52,930 bases of DNA. Origin: a virus. Taxonomy: Duplodnaviria > Caudoviricetes. Below are positions 18,646 through 28,353 of the stretch, one piece after another. A model generated the notes under the pieces. It saw nothing but the letters and a program-made list of their open reading frames with translations. It was not told the origin of the DNA and searched no databases. Location of the stretch: IMG/VR virus record IMGVR_UViG_3300024305_000003, positions 1 through 52,930 of that record. One strand, given 5' to 3'. How positions within the stretch are numbered: the first letter of the stretch is position 1; every line of letters begins with the position of its first letter. The position numbers and the translations under genes are program-made.

Positions 18646-18765
18646 ACTACGCACATGCGAACGCTGCGCAAAACCAGGCGGCACGCGCCGTTGAGAAGAA
18701 AAACACTGAATCACTGCGTACGCAAAGTGCGCAATTTGTACGCACTGCGCAATAGGGGAAGGGAT

Positions 18766-19443
18766 ATGCGACTGATCACAGCACGCCAGGCTTGGCGCGA
18801 TTCGCAGTATGAGTCTCGCGGCTCGATTACGGCCGCAACCATGGACCACGCGAAGATCGAAACAAAGCGCGCCGCTGCGAAGCGCAAGACAATCGAGGCA
18901 GTGTTCGCGGCCGTGGGTGACGAGGAGGAAAGTAGGGTCAAGGTCGTGGCGCAGCGAATGGAAGTGCAGGAGACGCGCCGTTCTGCCCGGGACAACAGTT
19001 CGTCGCGGTGCGCTCACATGATGACGATGGGGCGTATCCAGCACGCAATCGCCTCGCTGAACAAGCCGCTGCAGCACTTCGGGCATTACCTCTACTCGCC
19101 GTTGGCCAATGCCCGCGATCAGGATGTTGCGCGCACGCTGGTTTGGTTTGGCTGGGAAAAACCGGCCGGGCTGACGAAAGTGAAGGAGTCGCGAGCGTAC
19201 TGCCTGGTGTTGCCGGCGCTGATGTCATATCAGGGGGTCGTGACAGGTGGGCGTGACGAGTGGACGCCGGGCCGCATCGCCGAATTTGTCGCCGACTGGT
19301 ATGGCGAAAAGATCACCGTCAGCCAATGGTCACGTGACTGGGCCTCGATCTGGGAAAGCCTGCAGCGTACGATCGGTGAGATCGACCAGAAGGCGCTCGA
19401 TCCTGTGGAGTCGGCACTGGAGCAAGCGTTAAGCGCGGCATGA
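18766..19443 (+). CDS. Putative Q-like late antiterminator
   Basis: Last early gene before the late promoter/terminator and lysis genes. The function call is mainly positional. Confidence 0.5.
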   Translation: MRLITARQAWRDSQYESRGSITAATMDHAKIETKRAAAKRKTIEAVFAAVGDEEESRVKVVAQRMEVQETRRSARDNSSSRCAHMMTMGRIQHAIASLNKPLQHFGHYLYSPLANARDQDVARTLVWFGWEKPAGLTKVKESRAYCLVLPALMSYQGVVTGGRDEWTPGRIAEFVADWYGEKITVSQWSRDWASIWESLQRTIGEIDQKALDPVESALEQALSAA

Positions 19444-19522
19444 CAATGGCTACACGCCGCCTGCACCAGTCATGGCTTGTTGCCATGCTATAACTGCCGC
19501 TCCAAACGCAGGAGCTATACCT

Positions 19523-19984
19523 ATGACCGAAACAACGACTGATCAGGTCGCTCAAGATCCCGAGGAATTTTATCTCGAAACTTTCATGGCCCGTGAGTGG
19601 GACGGCCGACGCATCGACTGGTTTCTTCAGAAGCTGGTATCAATGGCCAACGATAGCGGCCTTGAGTTCGGTGTGACTCTGACCGTTGGCAGCGGAATGG
19701 TGACTGGGACGCTGATATCAGCCGAGAAGTACTTCGCTGCATTCGGGGAATTGTTCGCTGGCGGAATGCCTGGAGATGGAAGCGAGGTCGAGGCAAGCTT
19801 TCGGAAACTAGGGGAGCGCGGACAGGAGGATGACCAGGAAGCTGCCCGGCTCCCTCCGCAGTTCATCCACCTGAAGGATGCAAAGATCATAACGGCCAGC
19901 GGGTCTGTACCTAGCAGGCAGGGCGTGCTTTGGCGCGGAACGATCGCATCGATTAACGGATTTAACTTAGGATCTCTCGCTTGA
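19523..19984 (+). CDS. GvpU-like protein (moron)
   Basis: DWFLQKLV...GVTLTVGSGMVTGTLIS...FIHLKDAK...LWRG...GFNLG; AGGAG RBS; TGCTATAAC element upstream. Confidence 0.6.
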   Translation: MTETTTDQVAQDPEEFYLETFMAREWDGRRIDWFLQKLVSMANDSGLEFGVTLTVGSGMVTGTLISAEKYFAAFGELFAGGMPGDGSEVEASFRKLGERGQEDDQEAARLPPQFIHLKDAKIITASGSVPSRQGVLWRGTIASINGFNLGSLA

Positions 19985-20010
19985 CGCCATGTCGAGCATT
20001 CGCGTACATT
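19981..20010 (+). promoter_or_regulatory. Putative late promoter (PR'-like)
   Basis: TTGACG-N18-TACATT about 30 nt upstream of an intrinsic terminator. Confidence 0.45.
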
Positions 20011-20040
20011 TTCGTCATTGTGTAAAGCAGCACCCCAAAG

Positions 20041-20070
20041 AAAGCCCGGCCATCGTGTCGGGCTTTTTTG
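20041..20070 (+). terminator. Intrinsic terminator (tR'-like)
   Basis: AAAGCCCGGC-CATCGT-GTCGGGCTTTTTT. Confidence 0.75.
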
Positions 20071-20289
20071 TTGGTGGCGTTTGTGTCCGCAGCCAGGGCG
20101 GCCTTTGGGAGAGCCTGGACATTCCCAGCCGGCGGTGGGGTGGTCATTGAAAAACACCGGCAGCCCGCGCGGGCCAGTTCCTACCCTACGGGGGCTCGGC
20201 GCGAGGGCGATCAGCTGAGACTGGTGCATTGGGGTGCCAGCGGCAGATAGCTCTTTGGCAGACAGCGCGGAAAGACGTGCACAACTTTC

Positions 20290-20316
20290 AAGGCCCCGCC
20301 AAGTGCGGGGCCTTTT
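20290..20316 (+). terminator. Intrinsic terminator
   Basis: AAGGCCCCGC-CAAGT-GCGGGGCCTTTT. Confidence 0.65.
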
Positions 20317-20523
20317 CGTATCTGGCCCCGCCGCGAGGCGCTGCCAGGGTCACGTCGGGAGACGTTGCCACAAACCGCCCGGCTTCGGCTGGGCACCTCT
20401 TTCCGGCGCTCGGCCTGGGTCTTTGCTCTCTGGCGGATCGCAGCGCGCGAGCGTCGGGATTTACATGACACCACCAGGCCGAGTGCCGGGAGTGCCCGCG
20501 TGAAGCACACAGGTATCTACTCA

Positions 20524-20907
20524 ATGTCCGAGCCAGGCCCACTGACCGCCGCCGGCGGCATCGCGCTGTACAAGCTGGGCGCCTTCGGTTTCATCGCCAT
20601 CCTTGCGGCCGTTGTCGTCATGGCGATGACGCTGCCCAAGACCGTGCGCGAGTTCGTCGTGGCGATGATCAGCACCACTGTTTCGAGCCTCTGCGGCGGC
20701 GCCTTCGTGGTGCGCTGGCTGGAGATCGGCGACTGGGCGAACGATGACGTGGGCATGGTCGCCATCGGCGGGCTGATCTTCGTCTGTGGCCTGCCTGCCT
20801 GGGTGCTGGTGCGCGCCTTGTTCGCCTGGAGCGAGGCGAAGAAGGACCGGCAGATCGGCGAGATCGTCGACGCCGTGCTGGATGCCAAGCGCAAGGTCGG
20901 GCTGTGA
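20524..20907 (+). CDS. Putative holin
   Basis: 127 aa with three hydrophobic segments and a charged C-terminus; precedes the spanins. Confidence 0.65.
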   Translation: MSEPGPLTAAGGIALYKLGAFGFIAILAAVVVMAMTLPKTVREFVVAMISTTVSSLCGGAFVVRWLEIGDWANDDVGMVAIGGLIFVCGLPAWVLVRALFAWSEAKKDRQIGEIVDAVLDAKRKVGL

Positions 20908-21377
20908 GGCTGTACCTGCTGGCAGGCGCGGTGCTGCTGGCCATCGTCTTGGCCGTCTGGCTGCGACTGGATTACCTGGGCGGCGAGCGTGACCGGCTGG
21001 CCGGTGCGCTGGAGCTGTCACAGCAGGGCGTCGCGCAACTGCAAGAGGCAATCCGGCTGACCGAGGCGGCATTCGCCGAGCGCGACCGGCACGACCAACA
21101 GGCCACCCTGGAGCTGAAGAATGCACGCGATGAGAACCAGCGCCTTGCTGCCGATGTTGCTGCTGGCCGTCGCCGGCTGCTCATCCGCGCCTCCTGCCCC
21201 GCAGTGCCCGCCGATACCGGCGCCGGCCGCGTGGATGATGGAGGCGCCGAGCTCGCTGCAGACGCTCGACAACCTTATTTCGCCCACCGAGAGCAGGTGA
21301 CGCTCGACGAGGCAAAGCTGCGCGGCCTGCAGGCGTATGTGCGCCTGTTCTGTCATCGGCCCGCAGCCATCGAATAG
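20904..21377 (+). CDS. Rz: Rz-like i-spanin
   Basis: N-terminal TM, coiled coil, GRRRLLIRASCP and GLQAYVR. Confidence 0.85.
   Translation: MRLYLLAGAVLLAIVLAVWLRLDYLGGERDRLAGALELSQQGVAQLQEAIRLTEAAFAERDRHDQQATLELKNARDENQRLAADVAAGRRRLLIRASCPAVPADTGAGRVDDGGAELAADARQPYFAHREQVTLDEAKLRGLQAYVRLFCHRPAAIE
21121..21300 (+). CDS. Rz1: Rz1-like o-spanin lipoprotein embedded in Rz
   Basis: Translated by hand: MHAMRTSALLPMLLLAVAG-CSSAPPAPQCPPIPAPAAWMMEAP...; lipobox VAGC, Pro-rich, +1 frame within Rz. Confidence 0.85.
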   Translation: MHAMRTSALLPMLLLAVAGCSSAPPAPQCPPIPAPAAWMMEAPSSLQTLDNLISPTESR

Positions 21378-21419
21378 CGGCACGCCGGGAGGCGCCCGCG
21401 CTTTATCTGGAGAAACACC

Positions 21420-21995
21420 ATGGCCGCAAAGAAAGGGGCCCGTTACGACTGGGCTGCGGTCGAGCGCGACTATCGAACCGGCCAGTACAGCAACCGTGAG
21501 CTGAGCCGCCTGCATGGCCCGTCCGAAGGCGCCATCCGCAAGCGCGCCACCGATCACGGCTGGCAGCGCGACCTGTCCGAGCAGATCCGCCAGCGCGTGC
21601 GGGAGAAAACCACCCTCGCCGTGACCAAGGAAGTCGCTCGGGCTGATTCTGACGAACTGATCATCGAGCAGGCAGCCGAGGCTGGCGCGGAGGTCATTCG
21701 CGGCCACCAGCGCTTGCTGCGAAAGGCCAAGGGGCTCGCCGAGACGCTGATGCAGCGCCTGGAAGGGCAGCTGGAGAAAGGCACCATGACCGTCCAGCTC
21801 AAGAGCGGCGAGGCGGCCGAGATCGACGTGCCTCTGGACTACGCCGGCAAGACGCTGGGCAACGCCACCATGGCGCTGGAGCGCGTGGTGAAGATGGAGC
21901 GCCAGAGCTACGGCCTCGACGTCGAGGACAAGGACAACATCGGCAAGACACTGAAAGAGCTGCTGGCCGAGGTCGCGCCAGGTGTCGAAGAGTAG
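21420..21995 (+). CDS. terS: Terminase small subunit
   Basis: DWAAVERDYRTG...SEGAIRKRA HTH; upstream of TerL. Confidence 0.75.
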   Translation: MAAKKGARYDWAAVERDYRTGQYSNRELSRLHGPSEGAIRKRATDHGWQRDLSEQIRQRVREKTTLAVTKEVARADSDELIIEQAAEAGAEVIRGHQRLLRKAKGLAETLMQRLEGQLEKGTMTVQLKSGEAAEIDVPLDYAGKTLGNATMALERVVKMERQSYGLDVEDKDNIGKTLKELLAEVAPGVEE

Positions 21996-23628
21996 GGCGC
22001 CGGCCGCCGTCGTCTTCGAGGGTGAGCGGTGGCTGCGGCTGCATCGCGAGGGCAAGCTGACCGATCCGGCCGACCTGCTGCGTGCGCTGGACAACAAGTG
22101 GTACCGACTGAACACGCTCTACAAGATCAAGGACAAGAACGGCAAGACGCGCACCTTCCGTCCGAACAAGCAGCAGCGCGAACGGTTCATCCGTGGCCAC
22201 TGCCGCAACGTGATCCTGAAGGCGCGACAGCTGGGCTTCACCACCTTCGAGATGATCGATGCGCTGGATGACTGCCTGTTCACCGAGAACTTCTCGGCAG
22301 GCTGCATCGCGCACGCGCTGGAAGACGCGAAGGACATCTTTCGGAACAAGATCAAGTTCGCCTACGACCAGCTGCGCCAATCGGCGTGGATGGCGATCTT
22401 CAAGGCGCTGGATCTCAAGCTGCCGGCGCCGACCAGCGACCGCGGCGAAGGCTATGTGTTCGACAACGGTTCGAGCATTCGTGTCTCGACCAGCTACCGG
22501 GGCGGCACGCTGCAGCGCCTGCACGTCAGTGAGTTCGGCAAGATCTGCCGCAAGTACCCGGACAAGGCGCAGGAGATTGTCACCGGCGCCTTCGAGGCGG
22601 TCGGCCTGGGCAACCAGGTGACGCTGGAGAGCACCGCCGAAGGGCGTGAGGGCTATTTCCACGATTACTGCGCCACGGCGCAGAAGCTGTCCGAGGCCGG
22701 CAAACTGCCGACCCTGATGGACTTCCAGTTTCACTTCTTCCCGTGGTGGGACGAGCCGGGCTATCGCCTGGACCCCGTCGGCGTGGTGGTGCCGAGCTGG
22801 CTGCACGATTACTTCGCCGAGCTGGACGCGAAGTACCGGATCAAGACCGATGCGGCGCAGCAGGCGTGGTATGCGAAGAAAGCCGAGGTGCTGAAGGACG
22901 ACATGAAGCGCGAGTACCCGTCCACGCCGGACGAGGCCTTTGCGCAGAGTGTCGACGGCGCCTACTACATGCAGCAGATGCGCTGGCTGCGCAAGAACGG
23001 TCGCATCACGACGAAGGCCGCCTACAACCCGTCGCTGCCGGTCATCACTGCGTGGGACTTGGGCATGTCGGACGCCATGTCCATCGTGTTCTGCCAGGTG
23101 ATCGGCCGCGAGGTGCGGATCATCGACTACCTGGAGCACAGCGGCGAAGGGCTGGAGTTCTACGCCCGCAAGCTGCGCGAGAAGGGCTACACCTACGGCC
23201 AGCACTATGGGCCGCACGACCTGGCGGTGCGCGAGCTCGGGAACGGCAAGAGCCGCGTCGATACCGCTGCGCAGTTCGGCATCCGCTTCGAGATCGTGCC
23301 GCGGATCAGCAACCACGCCGAAGGCATCGAGGCGGTGCGCCAGTTCCTGCCGATGTGCTGGTTTGCCGAGCAGGTCGACGTTGGCGGCGATGACAAGGTG
23401 GTCGGCGTGGATCGGCTGGTCGACTGCCTGGACAACTACCGCAAGGAATGGGACGACCGGCTGGGCGTGTACCGGGCGACTCCGCGTCACGACTGGGCGT
23501 CACACGGCGCCAAAGCATTCGAAACACTCGCCCGGAGCGGACTGTTTGAACTGTCCATCGGCATGAACAGCACGCCGACTGCGCCCAATACCGAGCGCGG
23601 ACGCCGCAACTGGAACGCACACACATGA
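21982..23628 (+). CDS. terL: Terminase large subunit
   Basis: Walker A LKARQLGFTT, Walker B LHVSE, coupling motif ESTA, nuclease AWDLG. Confidence 0.92.
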   Translation: MSKSRAPAAVVFEGERWLRLHREGKLTDPADLLRALDNKWYRLNTLYKIKDKNGKTRTFRPNKQQRERFIRGHCRNVILKARQLGFTTFEMIDALDDCLFTENFSAGCIAHALEDAKDIFRNKIKFAYDQLRQSAWMAIFKALDLKLPAPTSDRGEGYVFDNGSSIRVSTSYRGGTLQRLHVSEFGKICRKYPDKAQEIVTGAFEAVGLGNQVTLESTAEGREGYFHDYCATAQKLSEAGKLPTLMDFQFHFFPWWDEPGYRLDPVGVVVPSWLHDYFAELDAKYRIKTDAAQQAWYAKKAEVLKDDMKREYPSTPDEAFAQSVDGAYYMQQMRWLRKNGRITTKAAYNPSLPVITAWDLGMSDAMSIVFCQVIGREVRIIDYLEHSGEGLEFYARKLREKGYTYGQHYGPHDLAVRELGNGKSRVDTAAQFGIRFEIVPRISNHAEGIEAVRQFLPMCWFAEQVDVGGDDKVVGVDRLVDCLDNYRKEWDDRLGVYRATPRHDWASHGAKAFETLARSGLFELSIGMNSTPTAPNTERGRRNWNAHT

Positions 23629-23987
23629 GCAGCAACCTTTTCATCACCGTTGAGCATCGACAGGTGGCGAGCTTCATCGCGTCCAAGTTGGCGCCGCTGG
23701 CTGTGCCGTCCCACCAGGTGCGCAACGACGTGGCCAACATTCAGGTGGACCCGGTGCTGGTGGTGGAAAACCACGACGAGCACCCGGCCATCCAGTTCAA
23801 GTTCGACGTCGCCGACGGTATGGGGCTCGAGGTGCGCGTGAAGCTGGCCGAGTTCGCCGCCAACCCCGCCGGGTACATGCGCGAGCTGGTGGAGAACGTT
23901 CAGGGCATTCGCATTGCTGCCCTGCAGCGCCGCAATGACCGCCGGGCCGAGGTGGCTCAGGTTTACCGGCAGATGGAGGGCGCATGA
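23625..23987 (+). CDS. Hypothetical protein
   Basis: Coupled ORF between terL and portal. Confidence 0.65.
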   Translation: MSSNLFITVEHRQVASFIASKLAPLAVPSHQVRNDVANIQVDPVLVVENHDEHPAIQFKFDVADGMGLEVRVKLAEFAANPAGYMRELVENVQGIRIAALQRRNDRRAEVAQVYRQMEGA

Positions 23988-26143
23988 TGAACCTGGGTCT
24001 GCTGCGTTTCCAATCCGCTGGCGAGCTGAAAGCCGAGGAAGAAGCCGAACAGCTGCGCCAGGACGAAGCCCGGCGCATGCAGGCGGTGGAAAGCTCGCTG
24101 TCCGGCCACATTCGCGGCGCCTTCGAGGCGGCGAAGACGGCCAAGCAGTCCATTGAACGGCGCCTGCTGGACTGCGCTCGCCGGCAGAAGGGCGAGTACG
24201 ACGCGGACAAGCTGCGCGCAATCCGCGAGGAAGGCGGCAGCGAGCTCTATCCGAAGCTGACCACCACCAAATGCCGTGCGGCAGCGGCGTGGATCCGCGA
24301 CATCCTCATGCCCGCCAATGGCAGGCCGTGGGGGCTGGACCCGACGCCGGTTGCCGAGATCCCGCCGGACTACCTGACCGCCTTTGCTCAACGCCTCGGT
24401 GAGCGGGCGCAGGGCATGGACAAGCAGCAGCTGGAAGACCTGCTGCGCCGCGAGGTGCAGAACAAGGCCCGGCAGATCGCCGACCGCCATGAAGAGGTGA
24501 TCAACGACCAGCTGGAAGAGGGCGGCTGGAGTGAGGCGCTGGAAGCGTTCATAGACGACTTCGTGACCTATCCCGCGGCCTTTCTGCGCGGCCCGCTGCT
24601 GCAGCGCGTGCCCGAGTTCGCCTGGAAGGAAGGCTGGCAGATGATCGAGGTGGAGGCGATCAAGCCTCAGTTCGCCCGCGTCTCGCCGTATGACCTGTAC
24701 CCCTCGCCGGATTCGTCGGACATCGACGACGGCGCTTACCTGATCGAGCGCGAGCGCTATACCCGTGCACACCTGAACCGACTGCGCGGTGTGCCGGGCT
24801 ACAAGGACGACGCCATCGAACAGGTGCTGGTCGAGCATGGCCGCGGCGGCCTGCGCGAGTGGCTGGCCACCGACTCCGAGCGTGCGCGTCTGGAAGACCG
24901 CAGCCACGACTGGATGACCAACCAGGGCGAGACCATCGAGGGGCTGCATTACTGGGGCAGCGCCCAAGGCCTGATCCTGCTGCAGTGGGGCATGACGCCC
25001 GAACAGGTTGACGACCCGCTGGGCGAATACGAGATCGACGCCATCCTGATCGGCCGGCATGTGATCCGCTGCGTGATCAACCGTAACCCCATGGGCGCGC
25101 GCCCTTACCACAAGGCGTCGTTCCAGCTGGTACCGGGCTCCTTCTGGGGCATCGGTATTCCTGAGCTGATGTCCGACGTGCAGGATATGTGCTGCGCCGT
25201 CGCCCGGGCGCAAGCGAACAACATGGCGTTCGCCAGCGGCCCGCAGATCGAGATATCCATGGATCGCCTGATGCCGGAGGAGAATCCCAACGAGATTTTC
25301 CCGATGAAGCGCTGGCGGACCAAGAGCGACCGCACCGGTACCGGGTCGCAGCAGCCGGCCATTCGCTTCTACCAGCCTGACAGCCGCGCGGGCGAGCTGA
25401 TGCAGGTGTACGCCCAGTGGGAGCAGCGCGCGGACGACGCGACGAACATCCCGCGCTACTCCTATGGCAACGAGAAGGTCGGCGGGGCGGGCAACACCGC
25501 CAGCGGCCTGTCCATGCTGCTGGAGAGCGCGAACAAGGGCATCAAGGACGCCATCCGGCATATCGACCGCGGCGTGACCAGCCGTGTGATCGCCGCGCTC
25601 TGGCTGTTCAACATGCGCTACAGCCCCGACATGTCGATCAAGGGTGACTGCCGCGTGGTGCCGCGCGGAGCCAGCGCCATGCTGCTGCGCGAGCAGACCC
25701 AGCAGGCCCGCCAGCAGTTCCTGGCCGCCACCGGCAACGAGGCGGACATGCAGATCATCGGCGTGGAAGGCCGCGCGCGATTGCTGCGCAGCATCGCCGA
25801 TCAGCTCGACATGCCGGGGCTGGTTCCCGAAGACGACGAGATCAAGGGTCGCGTCGAGCAGCAGAACAAGCAGCAGGGCGAGCAGCAAGCGCAACAGATG
25901 CAGCTGGAGGCCGGCAAGGTTCAGGCAGACGCAGCAAAGAAGCAGGCCGACGCCGGCAAGAGTCAGGCCGAAACCCAGCGGATCATGCTGGAAATCCAAG
26001 CCCTGATGGGGCAACTGCAAGCACTCGGAGGAATGGGTGGACCTATCCCAGGAGGAATACAAGGCGCTGGCCCGGCTGGAGTCCAACAACAGCCCGGACT
26101 GGCAATGCCTCAAGCAGGCGCTGCGCCAGGCTATCAAGGATGA
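23984..26143 (+). CDS. Portal protein
   Basis: 719 aa; position; FWGIGIPELM and TASGLSML motifs; Q-rich C-terminal helix. Confidence 0.8.
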   Translation: MMNLGLLRFQSAGELKAEEEAEQLRQDEARRMQAVESSLSGHIRGAFEAAKTAKQSIERRLLDCARRQKGEYDADKLRAIREEGGSELYPKLTTTKCRAAAAWIRDILMPANGRPWGLDPTPVAEIPPDYLTAFAQRLGERAQGMDKQQLEDLLRREVQNKARQIADRHEEVINDQLEEGGWSEALEAFIDDFVTYPAAFLRGPLLQRVPEFAWKEGWQMIEVEAIKPQFARVSPYDLYPSPDSSDIDDGAYLIERERYTRAHLNRLRGVPGYKDDAIEQVLVEHGRGGLREWLATDSERARLEDRSHDWMTNQGETIEGLHYWGSAQGLILLQWGMTPEQVDDPLGEYEIDAILIGRHVIRCVINRNPMGARPYHKASFQLVPGSFWGIGIPELMSDVQDMCCAVARAQANNMAFASGPQIEISMDRLMPEENPNEIFPMKRWRTKSDRTGTGSQQPAIRFYQPDSRAGELMQVYAQWEQRADDATNIPRYSYGNEKVGGAGNTASGLSMLLESANKGIKDAIRHIDRGVTSRVIAALWLFNMRYSPDMSIKGDCRVVPRGASAMLLREQTQQARQQFLAATGNEADMQIIGVEGRARLLRSIADQLDMPGLVPEDDEIKGRVEQQNKQQGEQQAQQMQLEAGKVQADAAKKQADAGKSQAETQRIMLEIQALMGQLQALGGMGGPIPGGIQGAGPAGVQQQPGLAMPQAGAAPGYQG

Positions 26144-26270
26144 GCGCGACGCCCTGGAGCAATCCAGCTCCACCGAAACCCTATACCGGCTGCAGGGACG
26201 CGCCGGAGCCTTACGCGAACTCCTGCAAGCCATCGAGGCCAGCAGGGAGATCGCCAGACAGCACTCATAA
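26037..26270 (+). CDS. Hypothetical head-module protein
   Basis: 77 aa, GGAGGA RBS, LYRLQGRA motif; overlaps the portal 3' end by 107 nt. Confidence 0.6.
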   Translation: MDLSQEEYKALARLESNNSPDWQCLKQALRQAIKDERDALEQSSSTETLYRLQGRAGALRELLQAIEASREIARQHS

Positions 26271-26272
26271 CA

Positions 26273-26298
26273 AAGCCGCCCCTCGAGGCGGTTTTTTT
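26273..26298 (+). terminator. Intrinsic terminator-like hairpin
   Basis: GCCGCC-CCTCGA-GGCGGT followed by a T tract. Confidence 0.6.
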
Positions 26299-26403
26299 AT
26301 GGGCGACTGCTCGCCATGCCTCGGCCAGGCATAGGCGAATCCAGAACCCCGCCATGTGAACCCCAGCAAGCCGCTGGCTCACCCTGTTTGGAGAAGACCG
26401 CAA

Positions 26404-27309
26404 ATGCTACCCCGCTCAGTGCAAGACCAGGCGGACGCCGCCAAGGCGCTGCAGGACCAGCTGAATCAGCCGGCCACCGAAGGCAACGAGAACCCCGCTC
26501 CCGCAGCGGCTCCCGAGTCCGAGCAGCAGCCAACGCCCGTCGAGCCTGCCGCGCAACCCGCACCTGAACCCCAGCCCGAAACCCGGGACGCTACCTACTG
26601 GCGTCACCGCTTCGATGTGCTGCAAGGCAAATACAACGCCGAGGTTCCCGCGCTGCGCAAGGAAATCGCCACGCTGAAAGACCAGCTGGCTGCCGCCGAC
26701 AAGCAACAACCGGCGTCGGCGGTTCAGCGAGCCCAAGAGGCGATGTCCGACCTGACCGAAGCGGAGATCGAAGAGTACGGCCCGGATCTGGTGAACCTGA
26801 TCAAGCGTGTCGCCGGCAGCGCCGCCGCCCCAAGCAACAACGGCGACCTGCAGGAGATCAAGAGCGAGCTGGGTCAGCTACGTGAAGAGAAGCGACAGGA
26901 CGCCGAAGCGCGCTTTTGGACCGACCTCGAAGCGCAGGTGCCGAACTTCCGCGCCGTCAACGCCGATCCGGCGTTCCATCAGTGGCTCGCCGAGATCGAT
27001 CCGCTGAGTGGCCAGCCTCGCCAGCAACTGCTGGTCGGGGCTCAGCAAGCGCTCGATGCCTATCGAGTGGCTGCGGTCTTCAAGTCCTTCGCCGCCGTAG
27101 CGCCGAAGGCATCGCAAGAACCCATTCCGGGCGAGCTGGTCCAGCCGCGCCAGGCCCGCTCCGCTGCGCCAGAACCGCAGCAGGGCAAGGTCTGGTCGCG
27201 CGCTGAAATCAGCGAGTTCTACCGGAACAAGGCGAGCTATCCCAAGGATCAGGCCGCCGCAATCGAAACCGACATCTTTGCCGCTCAGGCCCAGGGCCGC
27301 ATCCGCTGA
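26404..27309 (+). CDS. Putative capsid scaffolding protein
   Basis: P/E/Q-rich, LQGKYNAE motif, C-terminal AQAQGRIR; precedes the capsid gene. Confidence 0.65.
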   Translation: MLPRSVQDQADAAKALQDQLNQPATEGNENPAPAAAPESEQQPTPVEPAAQPAPEPQPETRDATYWRHRFDVLQGKYNAEVPALRKEIATLKDQLAAADKQQPASAVQRAQEAMSDLTEAEIEEYGPDLVNLIKRVAGSAAAPSNNGDLQEIKSELGQLREEKRQDAEARFWTDLEAQVPNFRAVNADPAFHQWLAEIDPLSGQPRQQLLVGAQQALDAYRVAAVFKSFAAVAPKASQEPIPGELVQPRQARSAAPEPQQGKVWSRAEISEFYRNKASYPKDQAAAIETDIFAAQAQGRIR

Positions 27310-27356
27310 GAGCGCCCTGTAACGCCGTGAGGCGTCACGCTCAGGAGTAACACAAC

Positions 27357-28298
27357 ATGGCAGGTCCAACCCGCGCCGCTGGCGTACCCAACTACAGCTC
27401 GTCCAGCTCTGCCGGCTTCATTCCGGAGATCTGGTCCGGCAAGCTGGTGGAGAAGCTCTACGCCTCCACCTGTTTCGGCGAGATCGCCAACACCGACTAC
27501 GAGGGCGAGATCAAGAACAAGGGCGATACCGTGCAGATCCGCACCGTGCCGTCGATCACCATCAAGGACTACCAGATCGGTGGCGGCCTCACCTACGAGA
27601 AGCCGATCAGCGACAAGGTCGAGCTGCAGATCGACAAGGCGAAGTACTTCGCCTTCGAGGTCAACGACATCGACCGCTACCAGGCCGACATCAAGCTGAT
27701 GGACGAGTTTTCGGACGACGGCGGCGAGCAGATGAAGATCGCCATCGACACCGACATCCTGGCGCGCCACTACGCCGATGCGGCCGCCGAGAACGCTGGC
27801 GCCACCGCGGGCGTCAAGTCGGCCAGCTACAACCTCGGCGCTGCCGGTGCGCCGATCGCGATCACCAAGGACAACGTCCTCGACGTATTGGTGGACTGCG
27901 GCTCGGTACTTGATGAGCAGAACGTGCCAGAAACCGGCCGCTGGATCATCCTGCCGGCTTGGATGAGCGGCATGCTCAAGAAGTCCGACCTCAAGGACGC
28001 CTCGATCATGGGCGACGCCCAGTCGGTCTTCCGCAACGGCAAGCTGGGCACCCTGGATCGCTTCACGGTGTACATCAGCAACAACATGAGCATCGTCGAC
28101 GACGCCGTAGCGGCGAAGAAGGCGACCAATATCATGTTCGGCCACAAGAAGGCGCTGACCTTCGCCAGCCAGATGACCCAGATGGAGACCCTGCCCAACC
28201 CGCAGGACTTCGGCAAGCTGGTGCGCGGCCTCAACGTCTACGGCTCGAAGGTCATCGACCCGAAGGCCATGGGCCACCTGTACGCCGCTCGCGGCTAA
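27357..28298 (+). CDS. Major capsid protein
   Basis: FIPEIWSGKL, NTDYEGEI..GDTVQI and VRGLNVYGSKV motifs; AGGAG RBS. Confidence 0.88.
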   Translation: MAGPTRAAGVPNYSSSSSAGFIPEIWSGKLVEKLYASTCFGEIANTDYEGEIKNKGDTVQIRTVPSITIKDYQIGGGLTYEKPISDKVELQIDKAKYFAFEVNDIDRYQADIKLMDEFSDDGGEQMKIAIDTDILARHYADAAAENAGATAGVKSASYNLGAAGAPIAITKDNVLDVLVDCGSVLDEQNVPETGRWIILPAWMSGMLKKSDLKDASIMGDAQSVFRNGKLGTLDRFTVYISNNMSIVDDAVAAKKATNIMFGHKKALTFASQMTQMETLPNPQDFGKLVRGLNVYGSKVIDPKAMGHLYAARG

Positions 28299-28353
28299 CC
28301 CTGCAGCATGGCCGTCCTTTGGGGCGGCTTTGCCGTATCTGGAGCAACGATCC

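Noticed and set aside
19523-19984. Gas vesicle function
   Set aside because: No gvpA or other gvp genes are present; the family name alone does not imply that function.
20071-20523. tRNA genes after the Q-like gene
   Set aside because: No T-arm GTTCRA or cloverleaf found by eye.
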